This document shows, piece by piece, positions 20,991 to 30,102 of a stretch of DNA of 64,000 bases. The stretch covers positions 47,999 to 111,998 of the forward strand of contig JBMOLF010000007.1 of assembly GCA_049325595.1 (NCBI GenBank), in the 5' to 3' direction. Position numbers and translations under genes: made by a program. Each line of letters starts with the position of its first letter. Position 1 is the first letter of the stretch. Under the pieces are notes generated by a model, which saw only the letters and a program-made list of their open reading frames with translations, was not told the DNA's origin and did not search any database. The stretch comes from Candidatus Babelota bacterium. GTDB lineage: Bacteria > Babelota > Babeliae > Babelales > Vermiphilaceae.

Positions 20991-21360
20991 GGGGGCGTAA
21001 TTGGCTTCGACGTGTTATTGTTGGCTTTAAGAGCATGCCGAGCGTTGGCTAAGTGCTCGTAAAACAATTGGTCAAAAAGAAATGCAAACGCATTTGAATC
21101 TGCTCCAGCTTTTGCGTAAGTAAAACTGGCTAGCAACTTGTTAACTGGGCGTGTCTATCAGTTTGGTTAACACGTATTAGACCAGATAGAACTGATTATG
21201 CAAGATTACATGCTTGTGTAGCATAATTGAGTACACTCAAGCATCTTAGTAGCAATGCTCTGTCTTTGAGGTAGCTACTACGTATATTCAAAGAATAAGC
21301 GTGTAGGGCTTAAGGTCTTTGATAGTGCGGACATGGGTTCGACTCCCATCGCCTCCACCA
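20991..21360 (+). ncRNA. ssrA: tmRNA; tag ORF about 21084-21119 (ANAFESAPAFA*)
   Basis: 5' GGGGGCG..TGGCTTCGAC; 3' T-arm ATGGG-TTCGACT-CCCAT and CGCCTCCACCA acceptor with G.U pair; internal GCA AAC..GCG TAA tag; next to smpB. Confidence 0.96.
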
Positions 21361-21521
21361 TGCTTCGTTCTACGAACTACGCATGGCGCAGCCATAAAAT
21401 GACTTTGATAACGAAGCATGCCCTGCGTAGCTTGCCAAGCCGGTAGGCCTGGATAAGCGTAGCATGGGCCAAATTAATAAACTAAACACAATTAGTTCTT
21501 CGTTCTACGAACTACGCATAG
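21358..21521. repeat. Three REP-like imperfect hairpins upstream of the GIY-YIG gene
   Basis: CCATG-CTTCG-TTCTACGAA-CTACG-CATGG (21358-21386); CCCTG-CGTAG-inner hairpin-CGTAG-CATGGG (21421-21468); the 22-mer CTTCGTTCTACGAACTACGCAT is identical at 21363-21384 and 21498-21519. Confidence 0.75.
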
Positions 21522-21560
21522 TCTTAAAATTACACTTCAGAGTTTTTTATTTAAAAATAT

Positions 21561-21803
21561 ATGTATTTTGTATATTTGCTCAAATCAATTAATTTTTCTA
21601 ATCAAACATACATTGGATACACTACCGATATTCAAAATCGTTTGATAACACATAATAATGGTGGGTCGCCACATACAGCTAAATATAAGCCTTGGAAATT
21701 ACACGCCTATTTTGCATTTGAAGATAAATATGTAGCGCTTAAATTTGAGCAATATTTAAAATCACATGCAGGAAAAGCATTTGCCAATAAAAGGTTATGG
21801 TAA
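21561..21803 (+). CDS. Minimal GIY-YIG nuclease (UPF0213/YhbQ-like)
   Basis: YFVYLL..TYIGYT..RL..HN.G...T.KYKPW...A.KFEQYLKS..G; 80 aa. Confidence 0.92.
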   Translation: MYFVYLLKSINFSNQTYIGYTTDIQNRLITHNNGGSPHTAKYKPWKLHAYFAFEDKYVALKFEQYLKSHAGKAFANKRLW

Positions 21804-21826
21804 ACCGCACAAGGCTTCATCTGGTA

Positions 21827-21952
21827 TCCTGCATGTTAAAACTTCGCAGGACAAGAGCCAGCTTCTTTAACGGTATAACTCAAAAATCTGAGAAAATATT
21901 TAATAGCAAGAAGTGAAGTATGTCCTTCGTAGCTCGCAGAGCATAGTAGGAC
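21827..21952. repeat. Two REP-like imperfect hairpins downstream of the GIY-YIG gene
   Basis: TCCTG-CATG-TTAAAA-CTTCG-CAGGA (21827-21851); GTCCTT-CGTAG-CTCGCAGAG-CATAG-TAGGAC (21922-21952). GAAGTATGTCCTTCGTAGCT resembles GAAGCATGCCCTGCGTAGCT at 21413. Confidence 0.65.
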
Positions 21953-22073
21953 GACAAGTTATCTTTTCAAATGATCAGATAAACTTCTTTTTGTATCTCT
22001 GCAAAGTTGACAGAGTATTCATGTTCTAGCTATGTTTATGGCTATCAATATATCTTTTTAAAAGGAGCTCAAC

Positions 22074-22583
22074 ATGAAAAAAATAATAGTGTTAACAATA
22101 GCTATGATAACTTCGGTGTCATATGTTCGCGCGGAAGTTGAAGGTAAAATAAATAACGTTATAGAACGTTTAACGCCAGCGGTAAATGCACGATCATTAG
22201 CACGTGATGCTGCTTATATCGCTACCAAATCATGTCCCAATTCAGGATCGGTACAAACACCATTGGGTACCGTAGAATCAGCAGATGTTGCTCGCTATTT
22301 AGTAGCGGTAATTTTACATGCGCAAAATATTAAAGGTGCGGTTGCAACAGTGGCTCAACAAGCGTTAGAAGATTTAGGTATGTTTGGTTTTAATACCGTA
22401 AATAGTTCGATATCTCAGGCTACTCAGCAAATTAAATTAAATTGTTTATCTAACTTTGTTCGTAAAGTAAATGCACTTTTTGCAAAAGATAGTTTTGGTA
22501 ACTATGTTGTTCGCTGGTTATTGCGAGCAAAAACTCAAGAGTTTGTTAATTCAAGTAATGTAAAATCAGTTAATCGTAAATAA
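22074..22583 (+). CDS. Secreted hypothetical protein
   Basis: Signal peptide (VRA-EVE); AAGGAG RBS; own terminator. Confidence 0.75.
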   Translation: MKKIIVLTIAMITSVSYVRAEVEGKINNVIERLTPAVNARSLARDAAYIATKSCPNSGSVQTPLGTVESADVARYLVAVILHAQNIKGAVATVAQQALEDLGMFGFNTVNSSISQATQQIKLNCLSNFVRKVNALFAKDSFGNYVVRWLLRAKTQEFVNSSNVKSVNRK

Positions 22584-22602
22584 TTTAATTTTAGAAAATA
22601 CT

Positions 22603-22638
22603 AAAAAGGACTTGCCCTAAAGGCAGGTCCTCTTTTTT
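22603..22638 (+). terminator. Intrinsic terminator
   Basis: AGGACTTGCC-loop-GGCAGGTCCT then CTTTTTT. Confidence 0.8.
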
Positions 22639-22730
22639 ATTAGAAATAATAGCAATTGCCATACTTTTAATTATTTGTATACTGCTTTCCATTAATATTT
22701 TTCTAATTTGATTTTCAAAAAGGATTTTCC

Positions 22731-23183
22731 ATGGTTAAGATCACGCATGCAATGTTACTGGCATTTTGTTTTTCTACTGTTATGAGGGCCAGCATTATTG
22801 ATGATGCAAAAAAACATGCTGATTTTAAAGTGACCAAAGAAAATGCTCAGGGTGAAGGCCGTTTACATTTGCAAATGATTGATATTATAAGAAAAGCTTT
22901 GACTGAATCTGTTGAATGCTTGAAAAAAGCTTATCGAGAAAAAAGAGAAGAAATCCAAAAAAATGATTTGTTTAATCAATGTGATAGTGCTACCGAATCA
23001 TGTGAAAAAGTTGCTGAGACGTTAAAAAATATGAATGAACAAGCAAAAGATTTATTGATTAAGCTTCAGTTTGAATATAAAGCACTCAAAACAGTAGAGG
23101 GATTTTATAAAAAATACAACGAAAAACTAATGCCATATTCTGAAGTTGTTGCACCGGTGGTTACTACCAACCAGGAATCATAA
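22731..23183 (+). CDS. Secreted helical/coiled-coil hypothetical protein
   Basis: Signal peptide; AAGGA RBS; charged helical composition. Confidence 0.7.
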   Translation: MVKITHAMLLAFCFSTVMRASIIDDAKKHADFKVTKENAQGEGRLHLQMIDIIRKALTESVECLKKAYREKREEIQKNDLFNQCDSATESCEKVAETLKNMNEQAKDLLIKLQFEYKALKTVEGFYKKYNEKLMPYSEVVAPVVTTNQES

Positions 23184-23199
23184 GTTTTAATTATTACCC

Positions 23200-24018
23200 A
23201 TGTTTATTATGAAAAATATAAATAATTTATTTATGGCTGTGTTATTTTTAGCTTGTTATGCTAAAGCCATGGACTATGTTGAAAAGCGCGTTTCTTTTGA
23301 AGAATTTGAGCGTGAATTATGTCCAATTCATTTTTGTGCAGCTAATAATCGTGTTGATTTAATTCAACATTACTTAGACCTAGGTATCGATGTAAACATT
23401 AATAATAATTCTCCTCAGGTAAGTCCATTAATGCTTGCTACATATTATAATGCAAAAAATGCAGCTAAACTTTTAATAGAACATGGTGCAGATCCATTTC
23501 AACAAAACATTAAAGGAGTTAGCTCATATCAAGTAGCAACTCGAGAACAAAATAGTGAGCTTCTTGATTTGTTTAATGCATGGCGACAAAAAAATTCTAT
23601 GGAATCTACCGAATCGGAGCATGAGCTGGAAGAAACGCTTAATAGAGTGATAGAATCTTTTTGGGCTAATGAAATGCAGTGCGATCAAGAATATTCATCA
23701 CCTGAACCATCTACTAACAATAGTAGTATCGATTCACTCGAATATCAGACTCTTTCAAATGAGAATCTTATCCTTGTTAATACTAAGGAAAATTTTATTG
23801 ATTACATAGCCAAACATCCTCATTATCAATCGTTATCAAAAAGAAAAAAGAAAGCTTTGTTAGGAATTGTTAAAACAGAAAAGCAGAAAAAAGTTATTAA
23901 GCCACTAAAGAAAAAACGCAAATATAGATCAATAGATTATTCAGAAGTCAGTATACCTTCTTCGCTGCGACCAAAAAGTGGTCGTGTGCGAAGAAAGCCA
24001 GTTATTTTTGGCGATTAA
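23200..24018 (+). CDS. Secreted ankyrin-repeat protein with basic C-terminus
   Basis: Signal peptide (AKA-MD); PIHFCAA..GIDVN, SPLMLA..HGADP; acidic linker; PLKKKRKY. Confidence 0.85.
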   Translation: MFIMKNINNLFMAVLFLACYAKAMDYVEKRVSFEEFERELCPIHFCAANNRVDLIQHYLDLGIDVNINNNSPQVSPLMLATYYNAKNAAKLLIEHGADPFQQNIKGVSSYQVATREQNSELLDLFNAWRQKNSMESTESEHELEETLNRVIESFWANEMQCDQEYSSPEPSTNNSSIDSLEYQTLSNENLILVNTKENFIDYIAKHPHYQSLSKRKKKALLGIVKTEKQKKVIKPLKKKRKYRSIDYSEVSIPSSLRPKSGRVRRKPVIFGD

Positions 24019-24044
24019 AAAGTAGTACTATTGCAAACAACGAT

Positions 24045-24078
24045 AAAAAAAGCGATGATATACCCATCGCTTTTTTTT
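24045..24078. terminator. Intrinsic terminator (A/T-flanked)
   Basis: A7-GCGATG-loop-CATCGC-T8. Confidence 0.8.
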
Positions 24079-24096
24079 ATAAAATAGGTATGTGGT

Positions 24097-26784
24097 ATGA
24101 AGCCGTATCAACAATCTGTATCGCAATTAGTTGAATATTACAAAACTAACCCTGAAAAGGGTCTTTCTTCTGCTCAAGTAAAAACACTCCAAAAAAAATA
24201 TGGATGGAATAAAATTGCCCGTGTTCCTAAAACTTCTATAGTAGTTGATTTTTTTAAACAATTTACTAATCCATTAATTTATCTTTTGGTATTTGCTGCT
24301 GTGATGATTTACTTTTTTAGTGACCATCCCCATGAAGCATTTTTGATTTCTGGAATTGTGCTTTTTAATGCAACGCTTGGTACTATCCAAGCATGGAAAA
24401 CACGAAAAACTATTATGGGATTACTTGATTTTACTATTCCGCAAAATACGGTAATTCGTGATGGTAAAAAACAAGTAATCACAGCAGATCAGTTAGTGCC
24501 AGGGGACATTGTTACTATACGACAGGGAGAAAAAATCACCGCAGATGCACGCATTATACAAGCACATGATTTAACGCTTGATCAGTCTTCAATTACCGGT
24601 GAATCTGGTCCTATAAAAAAATCGGCAGAAACAATAACACATGATACGTTGCTTGCTGATCAATTCAATATGGTTTTTCAAGGAACCTATGTAACCAGTG
24701 GCATAGGAACAATTTTGATAACAGCAACAGGGAAAAACACCCAAGCAGGCAAGGTAGCAGAAAAAGTACATGAAATTATTACTATTGGCCCACTGCAAAC
24801 ACAATTACAAAAGGTCACTTGGTGGGTATTAGTGATCATCATGAGCCTCACTATACTGCTTTTTGCGATAGGATTCATTTTAGGGGTTGATATCTATGAG
24901 TTAATGACGTTATTAACAGCTTTATTTGTGTGCGTTGTTCCTGAGGGGCTACCCGTAGTTCTCACCATAATACTTCTTAATGCTGCCTATCAATTAGCAA
25001 AAAATAATGTCTTGGTAAAAAATATGCAATCGGTGGTAAATCTAGGATTAGCAAATGTATTAGTGATAGATAAAACAGGAACATTGACCCGCAACGAGTT
25101 AATGGTTGTTCAATTATTTGCCAATAATAAAAAATACGCCTTGTCTGGTTCAGGATATTATCAGGAAGGTGCTTTGTTTTATGAAGGTGAGAAAGTTACT
25201 CATTTAGTTGAAAATGATGATATATGGTATATCGGACTCGCTGGTTATTTATTAAATACCACCGACGTAGTTTATGAATCGAAACGAAGAACATTTTATA
25301 TTAAGGGTGATCCTATAGAAGCGGCCGTATATATTGCTGCACAAAAAATAGGCATAACTTCACCTATCGCTGATAACTATCATAAGCTTTATGAAATACC
25401 ATTTCAGGCGGCCTATAAGTATCATGCAGGTTTTTTTGAGCATAATGGACAAGGCTTAGCTTTAATAATAGGAGCACCTGAAGTACTTTTTAAAAAAGCT
25501 GATAAGATGCAAAAAGATTTTCAACAACACATGGAAGATTTTTTTGCACAAGGGTTGCGTGTCTTGGCTGTAGCCGCTAAGACATTCAACCCTCAAGAAA
25601 TTCCTCATGAACCTAATAAGCAAGAAGCCTATTTTCATGGGCTATTAAATAGTGGACTAACAATACATGGGTTACTTGGTATAGCAGATTCAATTCGTCC
25701 CGATGCGGCTCATTTAATTACGGTGGCTCGCAAAGCTGGGTTAAATATAAAACTAGCGACTGGTGATCATCTGCGTACCGCATTGTATGTTGCGCGTCAG
25801 GTAGGAATTTATCGCGAAGATGATGAAATAGTTGATGGTAGTGAGCTTATGAAAATATCTGATGAACAATTAAAAGAACGTATGCATGAAATTACGGTAT
25901 TTTCACGGGTAGCTCCTGATGATAAACTTCGTGTGGTTAATGCGTTACATAGCCTTGATGCGGTAGTTGCTATGACTGGTGATGGGGTTAATGATGCGCC
26001 AGCATTAGTCGCTGCCGATTTAGGCATTGCAATGGGAGGTGTTGATAAAGAAATAGCCCAACAATCAGCAGATATGATTTTGCTTGATGATTCATTTGCT
26101 AATATTGTTAAGGCCATAGAGCAAGGTCGGCATATTCTTTCTACGCTACGAAGAGTCATTCTCTATTTTTTTGCAACTAATTTTGCCGAAATATTGGTAA
26201 TTTTAACGGTATTTGTATTAAATGCATTAGATTCGTCACGTATGTTGCCCATTCCTTTAACGGCGGCTCAAATTTTATGGCTTAACTTGATTACCGATGG
26301 CTTTTTAGACATGGCATTAGCCCAAGAAGAACCAGAACGCCAAGAATTAATGTCGGCACATTGGCTTAAAAAAGCAACTGGACTCATTGATTGGCGATTA
26401 TTAGCACATTCTTTTTTTATGTCATTAATTATGGCGTTGGGCACGGTATGGGTATTTTTGCAATTTCAAAATTCGGTTGTGCTTGCACGGACTATGACAT
26501 TATTAACGCTGGCGCTGTTTCAATGGTTTAATGCGTGGAATTGTCGCTCTGAAAAAAAATCATTATTACATACTAAATTTTTTGGTAACAAATGGCTTGT
26601 GGTAGCAACAATATTTGTTTTATGCTTGCAAGGATTAATTTTGTATGTTCCATCCTTGCAGCGTCTTTTTTCGGTAATGCCGGTAGGATGGTACCATTGG
26701 ATGTATGCTATGAGCGTAGCAGCAATTATTTTAATAGCTGAAGAAGTTCGCAAACTATTTATTAACAAAAACAAGCATAATTAA
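24097..26784 (+). CDS. P-type ATPase, P2A (Ca2+-transporting type)
   Basis: TGES, VPEGLP, DKTGTLT, TGDH, MTGDGVNDAPAL, QILWLNLITDG. The usual KGAPE reads IGAPE. Confidence 0.93.
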   Translation: MKPYQQSVSQLVEYYKTNPEKGLSSAQVKTLQKKYGWNKIARVPKTSIVVDFFKQFTNPLIYLLVFAAVMIYFFSDHPHEAFLISGIVLFNATLGTIQAWKTRKTIMGLLDFTIPQNTVIRDGKKQVITADQLVPGDIVTIRQGEKITADARIIQAHDLTLDQSSITGESGPIKKSAETITHDTLLADQFNMVFQGTYVTSGIGTILITATGKNTQAGKVAEKVHEIITIGPLQTQLQKVTWWVLVIIMSLTILLFAIGFILGVDIYELMTLLTALFVCVVPEGLPVVLTIILLNAAYQLAKNNVLVKNMQSVVNLGLANVLVIDKTGTLTRNELMVVQLFANNKKYALSGSGYYQEGALFYEGEKVTHLVENDDIWYIGLAGYLLNTTDVVYESKRRTFYIKGDPIEAAVYIAAQKIGITSPIADNYHKLYEIPFQAAYKYHAGFFEHNGQGLALIIGAPEVLFKKADKMQKDFQQHMEDFFAQGLRVLAVAAKTFNPQEIPHEPNKQEAYFHGLLNSGLTIHGLLGIADSIRPDAAHLITVARKAGLNIKLATGDHLRTALYVARQVGIYREDDEIVDGSELMKISDEQLKERMHEITVFSRVAPDDKLRVVNALHSLDAVVAMTGDGVNDAPALVAADLGIAMGGVDKEIAQQSADMILLDDSFANIVKAIEQGRHILSTLRRVILYFFATNFAEILVILTVFVLNALDSSRMLPIPLTAAQILWLNLITDGFLDMALAQEEPERQELMSAHWLKKATGLIDWRLLAHSFFMSLIMALGTVWVFLQFQNSVVLARTMTLLTLALFQWFNAWNCRSEKKSLLHTKFFGNKWLVVATIFVLCLQGLILYVPSLQRLFSVMPVGWYHWMYAMSVAAIILIAEEVRKLFINKNKHN

Positions 26785-26870
26785 TCATAAAATAAGGGTT
26801 ATTTGACTAAACCCTTAAAAAAACTAGACTTAAAATTACATGAGAAATGTTTTTAGAAAGGTGTTCTGGT

Positions 26871-27512
26871 ATGAATACAAAAGTTACTGTTTTATCAATT
26901 TCTTTATTGTTAACTATACCCTTGGTTGCTGACAATAAAATTGTAGCGCAAAAAGATGTTCCTGCTTCTATAGCACTTGATAAATTGATTCAAAATCCAC
27001 GTGAAGAATTGGTTAGCTTATCTAAAGTTGCTGAAGGTTCTACCTTAGGTCAAAATACAAAAAAGAAAATCGAAGATAAGCATAAATCTATCGTTCAAGA
27101 ATTACAGGCACTAAATGCTGATTTCGAAAAAGCAACAGCAGAATATTCTGCTAAAATGCCAGCGATGAAAGACCAAACAGCTCGCGCAAATGCAGAAAAA
27201 GATCTCAATGCAAAAAAACGTAATTTAGAAGCAACTGCACAAGATAGAGATGCAGAATTGAAACAATTTTACATGGAACAAACTGAAATCGTATTAAAAG
27301 AAACGATCGATGCTATTGGTACTCACGCAAAAGCTAAAGGCGATGTTGGTTCAGTAAAAGACATCGATACCGGCCGCGTTATTTGGGTTGCTGAAAATGT
27401 TGACTTAACTAATGAATATCTTGGTGCTGTTGAAAAAGAATATAGCAACAAACTTAATGTAGCTAAAAATAGCAAGACACCTGCAACCAAAACCGCAGGT
27501 AAATTATCTTAA
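26871..27512 (+). CDS. OmpH/Skp-like periplasmic chaperone
   Basis: Signal peptide; long coiled coil between short beta segments; ends VIW.AENVDLT; AGAAAGG RBS. Confidence 0.65.
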   Translation: MNTKVTVLSISLLLTIPLVADNKIVAQKDVPASIALDKLIQNPREELVSLSKVAEGSTLGQNTKKKIEDKHKSIVQELQALNADFEKATAEYSAKMPAMKDQTARANAEKDLNAKKRNLEATAQDRDAELKQFYMEQTEIVLKETIDAIGTHAKAKGDVGSVKDIDTGRVIWVAENVDLTNEYLGAVEKEYSNKLNVAKNSKTPATKTAGKLS

Positions 27513-27583
27513 TTTGATTATTTAATAATTTATACTGGTTGATGAGTTTAAACTCATCAACCTTTTTTTTTGGAAAAAGTATA

Positions 27584-28474
27584 ATGAAGCCATACGTTAT
27601 TTCCTTATCACACAATAATATAGCTCAAAATATTGCAGCACATTTTCAAGTATCACTACAAATTATAAATGCCACCCCTTTTGCTGATGGAGAATCTAAT
27701 TTCTCTTTTCACAATTGGTCTAGTTTCAAAGATCAATCGGTGATTATTGTTCATTCAACCGGAAGACCAGCAAATGATAACATTATGAGCTTAATGCTCT
27801 TGGTAGATATTTTAAAAAAGCATGGGGCGCTTACCATTACTGCAGTAATTCCTTATTTTGGTTATGCACGGCAATGCCAAACAATTAACCATAACCCTGG
27901 TTCGGTGCAAGCGATTATACGATCATTAGAATTAATGGGTATAGATGAATTTGTTATGGTTGAATTACATAATCCTGAAATTATCGCATTATTTAACAGA
28001 CCAGTTATTAATGTGTTGTTACCAGAAGTTATTGCAAGCCACATAAAACTCCATATTCCTGAATATCAACAATATTGTATTGTAGCACCAGACCATGGGG
28101 CACACTATCGCGCACAGACAGTGGCAGCATTATTAGGGCTCGATCTTTTTGCTTGCAATAAAAAACGTTTTGATGATGAACATGTGCAAGTCGAATGTCC
28201 TGATAGAAAGATTTATAAAAAAGCTATTATTGTTGATGATATTATTTCCACTGGGCACACGGTAAACGAGGTTATTAAGCAACTTGCTGATCATGGAATG
28301 CAGCAAGGATGGGGATATTTTATACATCCTGTGTTTGCACAAAATAGTTTGGATATAGTGACAAAAAACCCTTTTTTTGAAAAAATTGTTGTTGGTAATA
28401 CACTACCTTTAGCCCAATGTCCGGCTAACATTTTGGTTATGGAATGTAGTCAGGCAATAATACAAGAATTATAA
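27584..28474 (+). CDS. prs: Ribose-phosphate pyrophosphokinase (divergent)
   Basis: FADGE, VIPYFGYARQ, ELH, VAPDHGA, IVDDIISTGHT PRPP loop. Confidence 0.9.
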   Translation: MKPYVISLSHNNIAQNIAAHFQVSLQIINATPFADGESNFSFHNWSSFKDQSVIIVHSTGRPANDNIMSLMLLVDILKKHGALTITAVIPYFGYARQCQTINHNPGSVQAIIRSLELMGIDEFVMVELHNPEIIALFNRPVINVLLPEVIASHIKLHIPEYQQYCIVAPDHGAHYRAQTVAALLGLDLFACNKKRFDDEHVQVECPDRKIYKKAIIVDDIISTGHTVNEVIKQLADHGMQQGWGYFIHPVFAQNSLDIVTKNPFFEKIVVGNTLPLAQCPANILVMECSQAIIQEL

Positions 28475-28485
28475 ACAGAAAAAAG

Positions 28486-29034
28486 GTGCCCATGAATATG
28501 CAACAAACTCCTGATATAAAAGTTATAATTGGTCTTGGTAATCCAGGTAAACAATTTGAAAAAACAAGACATAATATTGGCTTTAGGGTTGTTGAGGAAT
28601 TAGTGCGAGAATATAATGGAACATGGCAAACAAAACCGAATATGGAACTAAGTTCCATAATGGTTGAAGGGCATAAAATAAGTATAATTAAACCACAAAC
28701 ATTTATGAATTCATCTGGCAAGGTGATTCCTGAACTTACAAAACAAGGAATTAAACCTGAAAATATATTAGTAGTGCATGATGAATTGGAATTGCCATTT
28801 GCTAAACTTGCCATACGACTTGGCGGTAGTGCGCGAGGCCATAATGGCTTAAAATCTATCATACAAGCATGTGGGCCAGATTTTTATCGTTTGCGCTGGG
28901 GTATTGCCCGTCCTGAAAATCGCGAAGAAGTCCCTGATTATGTGCTCAAGCCATTTGCTCAATCGCCAGCAGAAGTAGAACAGGGTATTCAAAAAGCGAT
29001 GCAAGAATTAATACAATTTATTAACAAATCATAG
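28486..29034 (+). CDS. pth: Peptidyl-tRNA hydrolase
   Basis: GLGNPG..TRHNIGF, KPQTFMNSSG, HDELE, GGSARGHNGLKSI, YVL. Confidence 0.96.
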   Translation: MPMNMQQTPDIKVIIGLGNPGKQFEKTRHNIGFRVVEELVREYNGTWQTKPNMELSSIMVEGHKISIIKPQTFMNSSGKVIPELTKQGIKPENILVVHDELELPFAKLAIRLGGSARGHNGLKSIIQACGPDFYRLRWGIARPENREEVPDYVLKPFAQSPAEVEQGIQKAMQELIQFINKS

Positions 29035-29052
29035 CTATAACATAGGTGTGGT

Positions 29053-30006
29053 ATGAACTATTTCAAAACAATAAGTTTTTTTTTAATACTGTGTATTCAT
29101 TTGTTGCATGGCATGGAAGAAAATCTTGCTGAGTTAGCCTATCAATGTAATGCACAGCAATTAGAAAAAGTAATTACTCCTGAGAGTCTTATCCAATGTG
29201 ATAAACATGGGATTTCTTTATTTATGCATGCGGTATCTGGTGTTTTTGAGCACAAAAGATTTGATGATTTTGAAAAAACAATTTTATTATTCAAAAAACA
29301 TAATTTTAATTGTAATGCACCTTTAAACTCAAAAACAGAATTTACTCATTTATGTGATCTTGCAAATTTAAGTATAAAATTTACTCATTTATGTTATCTT
29401 GCAAATTTAAGTATAGATTTTTATACTTTAATTCCTTTAAAAATTGTACTGAAACATGGAGCAAATCCTTTTGAGAATGATCTTTCTGTTTTTGAGCAAA
29501 TGAAGGTTCTTAGTAAGGACATACCTTATGCATCATGTATCGCAGATGAAATGGCTCTGTATGCAAATAATTTGCATGACGCTGCAAAAGGTGTCTGTGT
29601 TCCTGCAATGAGTAAATTTGTTAATAATAATTCTGTAAATGCAATTGATAATAAGGGCGCAACACCTCTTTATTATGTGATACAATATGCAGAATATGCG
29701 AATAAGAAAAATTTAGCTGCAGCTATTAAATTATTAAAAGATCATGGTACAAATGTAAATGATTCTATTTCAGTATTAAAAGAGATACCCGGATCTACAT
29801 ACATGCATTACGCAACGTTGGTTTCTTGCAAAAACAAAAATTTGGATCTTATAGAAGCAATGCTTGAAAATGGCGGTTCTCCCTTAGCTGGTATAGGAAA
29901 TTTTCCAATTGCACCTATACATTTTGCAGAATTCATGGCGTTAAAAAAACCTTTTTATAAAAAAATTTTTGAGTTATACAGCAATCATTTAAAAAACAAT
30001 AAATAA
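29053..30006 (+). CDS. Secreted ankyrin-like protein with two internal repeats
   Basis: Signal peptide (LHG-MEE); LKHGANP, GATPLYY, LENGGSP; N- and C-halves resemble each other. Confidence 0.8.
   Translation: MNYFKTISFFLILCIHLLHGMEENLAELAYQCNAQQLEKVITPESLIQCDKHGISLFMHAVSGVFEHKRFDDFEKTILLFKKHNFNCNAPLNSKTEFTHLCDLANLSIKFTHLCYLANLSIDFYTLIPLKIVLKHGANPFENDLSVFEQMKVLSKDIPYASCIADEMALYANNLHDAAKGVCVPAMSKFVNNNSVNAIDNKGATPLYYVIQYAEYANKKNLAAAIKLLKDHGTNVNDSISVLKEIPGSTYMHYATLVSCKNKNLDLIEAMLENGGSPLAGIGNFPIAPIHFAEFMALKKPFYKKIFELYSNHLKNNK
29339..29415 (+). repeat. In-frame 39-bp tandem duplication
   Basis: AATTTACTCATTTATGT[G/T]ATCTTGCAAATTTAAGTATA twice with period 39; encodes FTHLCDLANLSIK/FTHLCYLANLSID. 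Confidence 0.9.
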
Positions 30007-30102
30007 GTAAAATCATTTTAAAATTAAACAAGGTATATAAAAAGCTATCCACGATTTAATACAATTTATTACAAAATAAATTTATTAAATCAGGATGAGT
30101 GA

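Noticed and set aside
21363..21519. 22-nt direct repeat as a CRISPR array
   Set aside because: Only two exact copies, 113 nt apart; other copies are inverted and degenerate; no cas genes in the window.
21340..24100. Integrase-type genomic island at tmRNA
   Set aside because: No integrase seen, and no duplicated tmRNA 3' end (attR) found by eye downstream.
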